From NCBI GenBank assembly GCA_016839805.1, contig JAEOTO010000032.1, positions 1 through 64,000 of the forward strand: DNA of 64,000 nucleotides. The letters run 5' to 3'. This DNA is from Candidatus Hermodarchaeota archaeon (GTDB taxonomy: Archaea > Asgardarchaeota > Hermodarchaeia > Hermodarchaeales > Hermodarchaeaceae). The notes under the pieces are model-generated. The model ran no database searches. It was given only the letters and a program-made list of their open reading frames with translations, and had not been told where the DNA came from. Of this stretch, positions 52,086 to 63,000 are shown piece by piece. Each line of letters starts with the position of its first letter. Position 1 is the stretch's first letter. A program made the translations under genes and the position numbers.

Positions 52086-53204
52086 TTATTTGTAAAGTTC
52101 CTTTTCTTTTAAAGATTTGATCACTTCTACATGTTTAAATGTGGACTCATTAAGTGAAGAGAGTCCATTTGAGAGGGCATGATGAAGAGCACCTTTTAAG
52201 ACGCGGTCCTTTAAGTCACGACCTGAATATCCTTCCGTACGCCGAGCAAGTGATTTAAGATCAGCCTCAATAGGCATTGGAAGAGTTGAAGCATATTTTT
52301 CTAGGATTTCAAGTCTCTGGTCGTAGTTTGGAAGTGGAAACTCGATTTCCTCTTCAAATCGACTTCTTAATGCAGGATCTAAAAATTCTCGGCTGTTAGT
52401 CGCTGCAATTACTACAACGCCTTCCTGATCCTCAACAAGGTCAAATTGAGAGATAAGTGAATTCACAACTTCTGTAACATCGCCACGTACGGATTGGAAA
52501 CCACGATCTAGCCCAATTGAGTCAATTTCATCAATAAACACGATGCAGGGTTTCTTACGGGTAATATCTTCAAAAAGCTTGTTGACTTTATCTGCTCCAG
52601 CACCTACATGCTGTCCAATAAGAGAAGTAGCTTTGATATAGAAGAACTCCGTTTGAGTTTCCCAGGCTAATGCCCGTGCGAGCATTGTTTTACCGGTTCC
52701 AGGGAATCCATAGAATAGAACACGTCGGGGAGCCCATTCTGCAAACCGGGAGGAATCAGCAATGTACTTTTGGATTATGAGGCATTTTGCCTTCGCGTTT
52801 TCATGTCCGATCACATCAGCAAATCCTATTTTTTTACCCTTACTTGGAATCAGGTCAGGTGGTTCGACAAGTCGTATCTTTGTTTCTGAAACGATGTGCG
52901 CTTCAGTGGGTACTACGGATACAACTTCAAAGGCAAAATCTGGTAGTAGTAATTGGTCGAAGAGGTAGTCATTGGGTTTGACTTTGATTCCTTGCCATTG
53001 ATCCACCGCATATGCACTGAAGAGTTTCTCATCCCGTATTCTTAAAAGTGGATTGACGGGGACATTATTAACTTCGAGGGGATAACCCGCAGGTCGTAAT
53101 ACGAGCTCCTTTGCTGGAACTATTTGCTGTGTAAGAGGATCTCCAGATGTTCGAGAGATTTCTGCAAGCGGTTTTCGTGAACGGGATGATTTCTTTGTCT
53201 TCAA
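52086..53204 (-). CDS. AAA+ ATPase (archaeal family); start approximate
   Basis: LRPAGYP, WAPRRVLFYGFPGTGKT, FIDEID, RSRFEEEIEF; ORF-track N-terminus overlaps thpR and was trimmed. Confidence 0.85.
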   Translation of the reverse strand: MKTKKSSRSRKPLAEISRTSGDPLTQQIVPAKELVLRPAGYPLEVNNVPVNPLLRIRDEKLFSAYAVDQWQGIKVKPNDYLFDQLLLPDFAFEVVSVVPTEAHIVSETKIRLVEPPDLIPSKGKKIGFADVIGHENAKAKCLIIQKYIADSSRFAEWAPRRVLFYGFPGTGKTMLARALAWETQTEFFYIKATSLIGQHVGAGADKVNKLFEDITRKKPCIVFIDEIDSIGLDRGFQSVRGDVTEVVNSLISQFDLVEDQEGVVVIAATNSREFLDPALRSRFEEEIEFPLPNYDQRLEILEKYASTLPMPIEADLKSLARRTEGYSGRDLKDRVLKGALHHALSNGLSSLNESTFKHVEVIKSLKEKELYK

Positions 53205-53304
53205 CCAATCAATGCCTCCCAAAAGCGAGCTGTTGGCTTTTGGTAATGGAGAATGATATAAAGTTTCCTGCTGATTTAACGTAGAATCTCTGAGATGAGT
53301 AATT

Positions 53305-53874
53305 ATGTCGGCAATTCGATGTTTCATTGCTGTTGAGGTAGACGATGCCGCTGTGATACGACATATCCAGAAGATACAGCGAGAACTCTCCTCCAGTGGA
53401 GCTAGACTTAAACTAGTTGAACCGGAAAATCTGCATTTTACGCTCCATTTTCTTGGTAATATTGACGAACAACGAATCCCCGAATTGGCGAACATACTTA
53501 ATGAGATTGAAGGAGAAGCCTTTGATGTAGAATTAGTAGGTGTAGGATGTTTTCGTCCTCAACGTCCACGAGTTATCTGGATTGGGTGTACAACTGGTGC
53601 CGATCAACTTGTCAATCATCAACAGTTCCTGGGAAAACAACTTAGAACACATGGGTTTCCCTCTGAGAAGCGAAAATATTCACCACACCTCACCATTGTG
53701 AGAGTACGTAGCGGAGAGAATCGAGCTCAATTGATGAAGCTAGTAGATGAACATGCGAACCATAATTTTGGCACCTTCAAAGCTCATGCAATCAAATTAA
53801 AGAGAAGTACTCTTACCCCAAAGGGTTCTATTTATGATGATTTGGCTGTGCAGCAATTGAATGATGGTGATTAA
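53305..53874 (+). CDS. thpR: RNA 2',3'-cyclic phosphodiesterase (2H family)
   Basis: RCFIAV, HFTL and HLTI motifs, STLTPKGSIY. Confidence 0.92.
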   Translation: MSAIRCFIAVEVDDAAVIRHIQKIQRELSSSGARLKLVEPENLHFTLHFLGNIDEQRIPELANILNEIEGEAFDVELVGVGCFRPQRPRVIWIGCTTGADQLVNHQQFLGKQLRTHGFPSEKRKYSPHLTIVRVRSGENRAQLMKLVDEHANHNFGTFKAHAIKLKRSTLTPKGSIYDDLAVQQLNDGD

Positions 53875-53912
53875 TTTCCGATCCGAACAACAGTGGGTGG
53901 AGGTTTGACTCG

Positions 53913-54929
53913 ATGAAGATTCTTGTAACTGGTGCGACGGGATTCATTGGTCGTAAACTGGTAAGGAAGTTAATCAAAGAGGGACATGAGGTCTCTGCAC
54001 TAGTCAGAAGAACAAGTGATGTCCGTGAACTTCCGAAAAGACTTCGTTTAATTGAAGGGGACATGCTAGATTTACGTTCTTTACAAGAAGCCATACAAAA
54101 TAAGGAAATCGTGGTGCATCTTGCTGCTTATTTTGATTTTTACCCGAAAGATAAAGAATTACTATATCGGGTGAATGTGGATGGCACTCAAAACATTCTT
54201 GATGTGAGTGTAGCATCGTCGGTTTCGCGTTTCATTTATATTTCCACAACAGAGGTAATTGGTCCGGTAAAAGAGCCCCCTGCAACAGAAGAGACGGAAT
54301 TACGTCCCCAGTTTGATTATTCAAAAAGTAAGATCCAAGCAGAAGAACTTGTTCGAGCCACGACAGCTAAAACAGGGCTTGAACATGTTATACTTCGATC
54401 CACGGGAATAATGGGAGAAGGAGACTTTTATACGGCTTTTGAAGCAATTGAAGCGGTTAATGAACGCCAAATCCCACTGCTCCCGGGAGACGGAAAAAAG
54501 CATATTATGTACATTCATATCGATGATGTAGTTCGAGGAATAATTGCCGCTATAGATGCTAAACCTGCAACAAATCAAACCATAATCCTCTGTCCCGATG
54601 AACCCATGACTTGGAATGATCTCTTCGAATTCTTGGGAAAAACTCTGGGAGTAGACCCACCACGTCGCAAAATTCCTACAGCTCTAGCAAAGTTAGGAAT
54701 TGGAATTCTTAGCCCATTCAAAAACCGAGGAAAAAATACCTTCCTGTGGCACATGAAAACGACACAGAGTATGGATGAAGAACGCTGGTATTCGAATGAA
54801 AAGGCGAAAACCCTTCTTAGCTGGGCACCTCAAATCACCATGCAGGAAGGTTTGATCCGCACGATAAACTGGTATTATGAACATGGCCATCTCGATAATA
54901 AACACCTGAAAAATGACACCAATAAGTAA
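53913..54929 (+). CDS. NAD-dependent epimerase/dehydratase (extended SDR)
   Basis: TGATGFIG, HLAA, YSKSK. Confidence 0.9.
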   Translation: MKILVTGATGFIGRKLVRKLIKEGHEVSALVRRTSDVRELPKRLRLIEGDMLDLRSLQEAIQNKEIVVHLAAYFDFYPKDKELLYRVNVDGTQNILDVSVASSVSRFIYISTTEVIGPVKEPPATEETELRPQFDYSKSKIQAEELVRATTAKTGLEHVILRSTGIMGEGDFYTAFEAIEAVNERQIPLLPGDGKKHIMYIHIDDVVRGIIAAIDAKPATNQTIILCPDEPMTWNDLFEFLGKTLGVDPPRRKIPTALAKLGIGILSPFKNRGKNTFLWHMKTTQSMDEERWYSNEKAKTLLSWAPQITMQEGLIRTINWYYEHGHLDNKHLKNDTNK

Positions 54930-55030
54930 ATACTCCAACTTCTAATCCATACTCAATCGCAAGAGCATTAGTTATTTTTCTTTAGAGAAAAGGAATTAAA
55001 AGGACGAGTGAAGTTTAGAGACAAGTTCGT

Positions 55031-55163
55031 GGGCCGGTGGTCTAGATCCCACTCGGCAAACGCCCATGGCTAGATTGGTATGATGCCTGCCTGGGGCGTG
55101 GTTTATCAAAAAGGTAAATCCCCTATCAGGTGATCCCGCGTTCAAATCGCGGCCGGCCCACCA
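55031..55163 (+). tRNA. tRNA-Pro(GGG) with D-loop and 39/40 introns
   Basis: GGGCCGG/CCGGCCC acceptor stem; spliced arm CCTGC-CT-GGG-GC-GCAGG; BHB helices CTAG/CTAG and GGGG/CCCT. Confidence 0.85.
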
Positions 55164-55182
55164 TTCCATTCTTCCTAATATT

Positions 55183-56247
55183 TCACTTACTGATCTTCCA
55201 CCAGGGTTTGAGGGCTTTCTTCGTCTCCGCGAGTAACATTGTAATGTATTTTTTAATTCGGGAGTCTTCGGTTGGTGGTTTTTCCGAAACAGGGTCGCCA
55301 TGACCACTCATAGCAACAAGTGTGTTGTAAATTGATTCTGAGAGAGCTCGAAGCTCATAACCGCCTTCGAGAAACATGACTGTCTGCCCTTTAGAGATTT
55401 TTTGAGCGAGTTCCATCACAAGTTGCGTCGCTTTGAAATAAGCTGTGGCACTGAACTGAAGGTTTGTCTGATAATCACGAAAATGACCATCGTACCCAGC
55501 GGAGACAAGAATAGCTGTTGGTTGAAATTGTTCAACTATAGGAGGAAATATTGTGGATAGGGCCTGGAGGAAAGAAAGATCGGTTGTTCCTGGAGGGAGA
55601 GGAAGGTTGACAGTATATCCTCTGCCTGGTCCTTCGCCAAGTTCATCTGTATACCCCGAATAGCCTGGATATAATGTGCGGCCATCCTGATGAAAGCCGA
55701 GATATAGGGTGTTGGATTCGGTGTAATGGATTTCTTGGGACCCATTCCCATGATGAGCATCAATATCAAGAATTAACACCCGACTATCTGGTATAGTGGT
55801 TGTGATGTGACGAGCCAACACTGAAATGTTATTAAAAAGACAAAATCCCCGGGCTGATTGAGCGTTAGCATGGTGTCCGGGTGGACGAATTAATGCGAAG
55901 GCATTTTTGAGGTTTCCAGCCTGTATTTCTTGCCATGCTTTGATTCCTGCACCTGCCGCAAGTAGTGCAGCAGTAAAGGATCCCTTTGATGTACGGGTAT
56001 CAGCGTCTAATCGGGCTTCTCGATCTGATGCGTTGTGGATGAGATCAATGTAGTCTTTGGGATGGACCTGTTCCAAATCAGATAAGGTTACAGCAGGAGG
56101 TTTTTGCAGTGTAATATTGACATCGTCAAAGACTTTTCGTTCCTTGAGATACTTCATGACTGCCGTCAGACGTTCAGGTCGTTCGGGGTGCCCATATCCC
56201 ATGTCATGTTTCAAGCAATCAGGATGGTAGAATAAACCAGTCGTCAA
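55183..56247 (-). CDS. Histone deacetylase family amidohydrolase
   Basis: HPERPERL, RPPGHHA, GFCLFNN, DIDAHHGNG, SAGYD, LEGGY. Confidence 0.93.
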   Translation of the reverse strand: MTTGLFYHPDCLKHDMGYGHPERPERLTAVMKYLKERKVFDDVNITLQKPPAVTLSDLEQVHPKDYIDLIHNASDREARLDADTRTSKGSFTAALLAAGAGIKAWQEIQAGNLKNAFALIRPPGHHANAQSARGFCLFNNISVLARHITTTIPDSRVLILDIDAHHGNGSQEIHYTESNTLYLGFHQDGRTLYPGYSGYTDELGEGPGRGYTVNLPLPPGTTDLSFLQALSTIFPPIVEQFQPTAILVSAGYDGHFRDYQTNLQFSATAYFKATQLVMELAQKISKGQTVMFLEGGYELRALSESIYNTLVAMSGHGDPVSEKPPTEDSRIKKYITMLLAETKKALKPWWKISK

Positions 56248-56275
56248 AGAGTAATCCTCACGCTAACCAACTTAT

Positions 56276-59200
56276 TTAATCAAGAGTAAGTTGTGTTTGA
56301 CGTGTGGTTTGGCGCTGCGTTGCCTTTAATGCTTGTTCATCTTCGGGTTTGATAGCTCCACCGCATTGTTGTTTAATTGATTTGGCGATTTGAGCTCCAA
56401 TGGTTGGAATCGCTGCAAGTTGTGCGATGGGTGCATCTCGAATTCGATTCTGCGATATGAAGCCAGCTCGGAATAAGAATCGTGCGCGAACCCGACCGAT
56501 ACCTTGGAGCTCAACTAATTCAGTTAATTCACGTCTCACCCCGTATCTTAACCGTAGCTCAAGCTCTTCTAACTCCGGAATTACTTCTTTGTGATTAAAA
56601 ATTGGGGCTAGTTCACGACACGCATATAGGATCCAAGCTTGTGTATCTACTAGTCGAAGTAGGTCCCCCGAGCCGATTTTGAATTGGTTAATGAGTTGAT
56701 CTTCAGGGAGCTCTTCAACCCAAGCCTTTGCTAGAAGAGCCGTTTTCACTTCGGCAAGAAAGAATTCATAACGATCTCGGTGGTAACGCGGATCAGGAAC
56801 CGAGATTAAAAATTCGTCGATGTGTTCAATGACATAATCATGAAATCGCTCATCTTCTCCACGGCGGAGATAGAGGTTGGCCATATCAGGTGTGTGACAG
56901 ATTAAGTGTAAAAAGGAGACGTCTGTGGTTTGGTCCATGTTGTTTGAAGCTTTGGCAAGCCCATCGCGAATGATCACTGCAGACTTGGGATCGATGTACA
57001 ATTGTGAGGTTCGTCGACCAAAGGAAGTTGCGAATAATCGTTTATTTCGCTGTTCTAACAAAGCTTCATCCTTAAGGAATTTAACAATCAAGTCAATCAT
57101 GTATTCGACTTCGTCAGGGTCCCGTTGGTGACCGAAGAAGGTTTGTCGAATGAAGTTCATGATGCCTTCCTTATCAGAGGCATAATTCATTGCAATCGTT
57201 GAAAGGACATGACTGCGAAGTGCAGATTCGCTTGCAAGTTTGGAAGTTATACTCTCAGGATTTCCAAGGATGTAGTAATCGAGAAGAAAATCCCGTTCTC
57301 CTTCGTTCCGAGCCAAAAGAATTGCAGTGCCCTTTTTGTCGTATTTTGGTCGACCCGCGCGTCCAGCCATTTGTTTGTATTCTAAAACTGGAATGGGTTG
57401 GTAGCCTTCTATTCGGTCAAACCGTCGATATTCTTGGATAATTACCACACGCGCTGGAAGATTAACACCTGCCGAATTATGAACGATGAATCCGTTAGCT
57501 ACAAACATATGATCGTGGTTATTTGAAGGGGGCAGAACAACGTCAAATACTGTTGAAGCCGCGTTGACTGTTTTTATTTCTCGAATCTTATCCCAAAAAA
57601 TGTCGTTATCCAGATCTTTTGATCGCCAGTTTCCTCTCAGTGTTCTTTCTAATTCAGTCTGGCATAAAGGGCAATGACTCTTTCGATAAAAATTCGATAG
57701 GTCTTGATTCTTTACTAAATAGTTTGAATATATCCATTTTCCAATTTCATTGAGGCTCCAAAACCATTCCGTTTTGCTTCGTTTCCCAATCTTACGCCTG
57801 GAAATTAACTCATAATGATGGTTTAATCTAGTCTCAGGTTTCCTTGGTTTGAAGCTTAAGGCACTTTCAATCTCATTTGATCCTAATTCCCCTTTTTCAC
57901 CAAGAAGTTTAATTACCGCATACTTTTTCTTTCCCCATTCTTTTTGACTCTTTGAACGACCAAAAAATAGTGATTTGAAAATTCGATAATCGCAGCTAGG
58001 ACAAGCGATGTATAAGACGTTTTTTTGTATCTTAGAAACTAGCTTTTGTAAATCAGTAGCCTTTCTTTTGATTCCAAATCCTATGTACTTTTGAAAATCT
58101 AATATCGACTGATTTTGGCTAATTAGTAACTCAAAACTCGGTTTTGTTGCATACTCTTTTTGCGCATATCTCATTATTCCCTTTTTTCGCGACCTAAGCC
58201 GAGACACAATTCCAAAGCGCAGAAGTAATTTCTTTGATTGCATTATTAGTTCTTTTGAGGAATTGCCTAACCCAATTTCCTTTTCCTTTACGACGTACCC
58301 ATCAGTATCATAAAGACCACGCAGAAGAGCTGCGATGGATGAATTATCTGTTTTCATTAGTTTTGGATGGATGTATTTCTTATTTCCTTTCTCAACTCCA
58401 CAACGGACTAAAAATTCCCTAAACCACTTATTCTTCCCTAAAACTAGCTCCGGAATTCCATAGGTATTAATTCCTCTTCGAGTAGAGATAGAGAAGGCAT
58501 CACAGGTTTGCTTAACATGAGCAAGAATTTCATCACCTAACCCAACAATAGAAGGCGCGCCCTTGTACCTGATTACGCCCCCATCGCTTTCAGCCCCCGA
58601 ATGACCATCTCCTAACATTAAACCCAAAAAATATGAAAGGTCTAGAGTTATTTCGTAATCTTGCTTGGCAGTTTTATTATCAATCACAAAATCTCTCACA
58701 TAGCATGTGAAATGTTTTTGAAGTGACACCCTTCTCGCTGTGGCTAGTTTATCGTGTTTCTTAATCTCTTTAGCTGGAATAATTAATCGTTTGTTATCTC
58801 TTTTTACTAACATACGATGATTTTGAGTGATTTGTATATGATATCCTGATACAGATGAGACCTCAATGAGTGATTCAGAATTTTCCAAACTAACAATATC
58901 AGTCGCTTTTCCTGGAACAAGCCTGTTTTTTGATAGGACGTAGAGTTGATCTGTGTTTTTGAATTCCGTTACTTTAGTTTCTTCAAGTTCATGCCAAATT
59001 TCGGTGTTGGGACCTAAACAAAGGGTCGGAGTGGCGCATACTACTTTAATTAGATTGTTTCGAAATGCTTCTTCGATGAGTTTGCGTTCTGAATAACGTA
59101 ATCCAGCATGATGAAACGCTACTCCAGCCCGAATATTTCGGGCGAGGGCCTCAGATACCTGGGTGACTTCCCCTAAATGAAGCAGGTTTTCAGCGAGATC

Positions 59201-60085
59201 TCCTAATTGTTCTTGTTCACCTTTCTTGAGTCGAGGAGCAACGACAGAGCTTAGTTTCTGGGCGGTTCTTACTGCTGTACGGCGTGTGTTAAGAAATGCC
59301 AGAAGTTGCCCTTTTTTTCGAAGCACGCGACGTGTGATATCTCCGATAGGGAAGGTCGTTGAGGGTGAGTAGCTTTCCTCTCTGTCATCACCAAAGAGTA
59401 CTTTGCCCTCATAATAGACGCCTTCGCGGAGAGCAACTGGACGCCAATCACTTACTACTGAATCTCCGTTGAGCCATTCAGCTAGTTCTTCTGCATTATC
59501 CACAGTAGCACTTAGGGCCAGAATTTGGACCTTTGGAGCTATTTGGCGTAATCTCGCAAGTACAACTTCTAAGGTAGGACCACGCCCAGGATCATTAATG
59601 AGATGGACTTCGTCAGCAATGACTATTGCGATCTGAGACATCCACTTAGCACGGTGGCGAAGGAGTGAATCTGCACGTTCGTTTGTACATATCAATAGGT
59701 CATAGGTGCCATACTTTTCTTCAACAGTATCATAATCCCCAGTTGTGATTCCAACATTTACGCCCAGCTTCGAATATGATTGGAATTCTTCATACTTCTC
59801 TGAGGCAAGTGCCCGTAAAGGGCAAAGGTAGAGAGCCTTTCCCCCCTTTTCTAGTATTGATTTGAGCATACAGAATTCAGCGATGAGAGTTTTACCCGAA
59901 GCTGTTGGTATAGCTAAAACTACATTCTTCCCCTCAAGTATCCCCGTTTTGAGAGCTTCTTCTTGAGGAGGATACAAAGTAGAAATTCCTTTCTCCTGGA
60001 AGTATTCCTTGATACGGTTTTCTAAAGGTAAATCAGCAACCCGTTTAATCTCATTATCCCACCTAAGGCAATTAACTTCCAGCAA
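56276..60085 (-). CDS. hel308: Hel308 (Ski2-like) helicase containing an intein
   Basis: PTASGKT, DEVH, LSAT, FHHAGL, ATPTL-[intein]-SAGVNLPA, QMAGRAGR. Confidence 0.94.
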   Translation of the reverse strand: MLEVNCLRWDNEIKRVADLPLENRIKEYFQEKGISTLYPPQEEALKTGILEGKNVVLAIPTASGKTLIAEFCMLKSILEKGGKALYLCPLRALASEKYEEFQSYSKLGVNVGITTGDYDTVEEKYGTYDLLICTNERADSLLRHRAKWMSQIAIVIADEVHLINDPGRGPTLEVVLARLRQIAPKVQILALSATVDNAEELAEWLNGDSVVSDWRPVALREGVYYEGKVLFGDDREESYSPSTTFPIGDITRRVLRKKGQLLAFLNTRRTAVRTAQKLSSVVAPRLKKGEQEQLGDLAENLLHLGEVTQVSEALARNIRAGVAFHHAGLRYSERKLIEEAFRNNLIKVVCATPTLCLGPNTEIWHELEETKVTEFKNTDQLYVLSKNRLVPGKATDIVSLENSESLIEVSSVSGYHIQITQNHRMLVKRDNKRLIIPAKEIKKHDKLATARRVSLQKHFTCYVRDFVIDNKTAKQDYEITLDLSYFLGLMLGDGHSGAESDGGVIRYKGAPSIVGLGDEILAHVKQTCDAFSISTRRGINTYGIPELVLGKNKWFREFLVRCGVEKGNKKYIHPKLMKTDNSSIAALLRGLYDTDGYVVKEKEIGLGNSSKELIMQSKKLLLRFGIVSRLRSRKKGIMRYAQKEYATKPSFELLISQNQSILDFQKYIGFGIKRKATDLQKLVSKIQKNVLYIACPSCDYRIFKSLFFGRSKSQKEWGKKKYAVIKLLGEKGELGSNEIESALSFKPRKPETRLNHHYELISRRKIGKRSKTEWFWSLNEIGKWIYSNYLVKNQDLSNFYRKSHCPLCQTELERTLRGNWRSKDLDNDIFWDKIREIKTVNAASTVFDVVLPPSNNHDHMFVANGFIVHNSAGVNLPARVVIIQEYRRFDRIEGYQPIPVLEYKQMAGRAGRPKYDKKGTAILLARNEGERDFLLDYYILGNPESITSKLASESALRSHVLSTIAMNYASDKEGIMNFIRQTFFGHQRDPDEVEYMIDLIVKFLKDEALLEQRNKRLFATSFGRRTSQLYIDPKSAVIIRDGLAKASNNMDQTTDVSFLHLICHTPDMANLYLRRGEDERFHDYVIEHIDEFLISVPDPRYHRDRYEFFLAEVKTALLAKAWVEELPEDQLINQFKIGSGDLLRLVDTQAWILYACRELAPIFNHKEVIPELEELELRLRYGVRRELTELVELQGIGRVRARFLFRAGFISQNRIRDAPIAQLAAIPTIGAQIAKSIKQQCGGAIKPEDEQALKATQRQTTRQTQLTLD
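57476..59020 (-). mobile_element. Intein (515 aa) with LAGLIDADG homing endonuclease in Hel308
   Basis: Begins CLGPNTEI, ends FVANGFIVHN before Ser; LGLMLGDG and LRGLYDTDG motifs. Confidence 0.93.
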
Positions 60086-63000
60086 AGCGAAGAATTCCGG
60101 GTCGGGGTGAATAGATTTCTCCTTCTTTGACTAATTGATTTATGGCTTCTTGAACAAACGTCTCTGAGAGATTCGCGAGTTTTGCCCGTTCCATTAATTT
60201 CTCAATAGGCACGCCAGTAGGAGATTCTTTAGCGAGATCTCGAATCATCATCAAAATCGCTCGTAGTTTTTCACGCTGTGATCTGGGGCGGCCAATCATA
60301 ATATTATCAACATCATATTCTCCAGTTTCATGGTCGAAGCCAACCTGTTGGAGTGAAACTTGGACCAAACGAATCGCAGCCTGCGCATCCTCAACGATGA
60401 CTTTTTCCCGTAACGCCATTTTCGCATGGGCCTCAGCCAACCGAATTAGCGATTCCAGTTGACGGGCTGTAATTGGTACAGGTGCATTTTCCCGTTCGCC
60501 AGATTTTCGCATCCCAAGATAGAACTCCTTCACCACATTCAACGCCTCATCCGTTAGCTCAGGACTAATACTCCGACGCGCAAAGGCAATATACTTCCGA
60601 AGCAACTCACCCGGAATCGGCGGATCCTTCACACCGCCTCTTTGCTTATGCAACGCAATAATATGCTCCGCCGTCCGCTCATCCCTCTCCGATTCCGGCA
60701 AATCAGTCAACGTAAAAATCAGATCAAACCGCGACAAAAGCGTCACCGGCAAATTCACATTCTCCGCAAACGACCGCTCCGGCACATACCGCCCAAGATT
60801 CGGATTCGCCGCCGCCAAAATCGCCGTCCGCGCATTCAACGTCGCCACAATCCCCGCCTTGGCTATACTCACGGTATGTTGTTCCATCGATTCATGTATA
60901 GCCGTTCGATCTTGAGGACGCATCTTATCAAATTCATCAATACAGTTGTGCGTGATTAAGCCATCAGCAAGAAAGTTATGCGTTTTGGGGACGTAGAGAT
61001 CGTAGACTGGTCCGATGTAAGGTATTTCTTCGATTGACATTATTGGATCTAGGAAATAGTCTCGTTTCAGAAGATTATTGATTATTTCATGTTGGGATAA
61101 GGAGAGTTGGTTTTCTAAACGTGTTTGGATTTTTTGTAATTGTCCTCTACTTGGCGAATAACGTTGATGTTTATAGCTGTATATAGTACTCCAGAGCCCC
61201 TTCTTTATCAACATTGATGTATTCAGTTTTGAGATCTGAGTAGCTAGCTGTGCAACAGTCTTACTGGGGATTTTGTCACTTAAACTAGACAGCGTTCGTT
61301 TTGGCGAGGGGAGGGGTTTCACTTTTACACTAAAGGGTTTAATTGCAGAAAGTAATGCTTCAACATCTGTCCTAGCAGTTATTTGGATATGGATAACCCC
61401 ACGTCCCGGTTTAAGACGTCCATAGCAATCGAACCGTCTCAGGGCGAGAAGCAATGCTAGATTTTCACGCCGGTCATTAGAGCACTGAATATCAATATGA
61501 ACCGTATTATATTCAGAACTATTGCGGGTATCCCGTTTAATTTCGATACATCCATCAGAGTCTACAATTCCTGCAAGATATGCAGAAAGTGAGAGATCAG
61601 GCAACTTGTGAAGATTTGAAAGATGATCTTTTGTTAAGAAATTGAAGATGAGAGCAAGGAGGTTTGAATGAGCAGTTAATGTTAGAGAATTACTTAGAAC
61701 TATACGATCTTCGATTTTGTTTTTGGTTACACGTGGATAAATTCTTAGTGAACGATTTGAGAAAGTGGAATAAAATTCTTGTATGCGTTTGATTTGGGCT
61801 TGATTCACAATAGATTGACGAATAGGTAATACTGATCGCCGATTATTAATTCGTTCCCAACTATCTCCGAACACAAACCCGAAGAAATAGGCCATTTCAG
61901 GTGTAATTGTTGAGACTTTTAGCCGATCACCCTTATGTTTCCGTCCGAAGGATAAATTACGTTTCTTCCAATCTTCAAGAAGACCAAGGTATGCCAATAT
62001 TTCGCGTAATGAACTAACCTTCATTTGAGAACGGCCAGATAAAACATCTCTTCGTAACCCAAAGAACCGGTTTATGCTCGCAAGAGATGGAAAGTCACAC
62101 AAAAGTGCATCCCGTAATTCGGTTTTCTCAGATTTGTTAAGGCACACAATCCAATCATCTGGAATTATATCGAATATTTGAACTGGATTCTTATGCCCTG
62201 GCAATTTGAGAGGTGCGATTAGAGAGTCACCCGTTTTAAAGTTCTGTGCCATCTTCCAGTCTAGTGAAGCTCCATCTAATAGCATATGATCGGGCGTTAA
62301 TATTGTTTGAAATCCAGTTTCGGTCGTAATTTTTAGGAGTGCATCTGAACATTCTTTTTTGCGAATATAAGTCGACTTGCACTCAATTATGTCTAAACTT
62401 TTTGTAAGCGAAGGAACCTTGGCATCAATCTCCCCAATCATAACTTTTTTTCCATTCGATATGGCACTCTTGGGGGTAGTTGTTGTATAGGCTTCTTCTA
62501 TTGTCATTAATTGATTATTAATCAAGATACGAGAACTGGGATGAAGGCACGCGGTTCCGCGATCGGCGAGTACGAGGGCACCGGCTTCGAGGGCGAAGCC
62601 TTCGGTATCTGGATCTCGTAACACTGCGGCGGTTAACCCGGCTGCAGTGGAACCTTTACCTGATGTGTATAATCCGCGTGGAGCAATTTGGGCTACATAC
62701 TTGAGAAGTTGTGATTTTGCGGTTCCGGGGTCCCCTACGAGGAGGATGTTGGAGTCGCCGCGGATTTTGACGCCGTCGGCGAGGACTTTGCTGACGCCTC
62801 CGAATAGGAGGAGGCTGATTGCTTCTTTGATGTCGGTGAGGCCGTAGATGGAGGGGGCGATGGAGTTGACGAGTTTGCGGTGTACTAGGGGGTCTTTGGA
62901 GAGTTTGAGGATTTCTTTTTCTTCTTTGGGAGTGATTTCGACGCGGTCGGCTTCGCGTTCGGAGACGGCGATGTAGTTGGTGGCGAGGAAGACGCTAAAT

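Noticed and set aside
60030-60085. ATT start for hel308
   Set aside because: Plausible from the GGTGG spacing, but an upstream in-frame start exists, so it cannot be supported.
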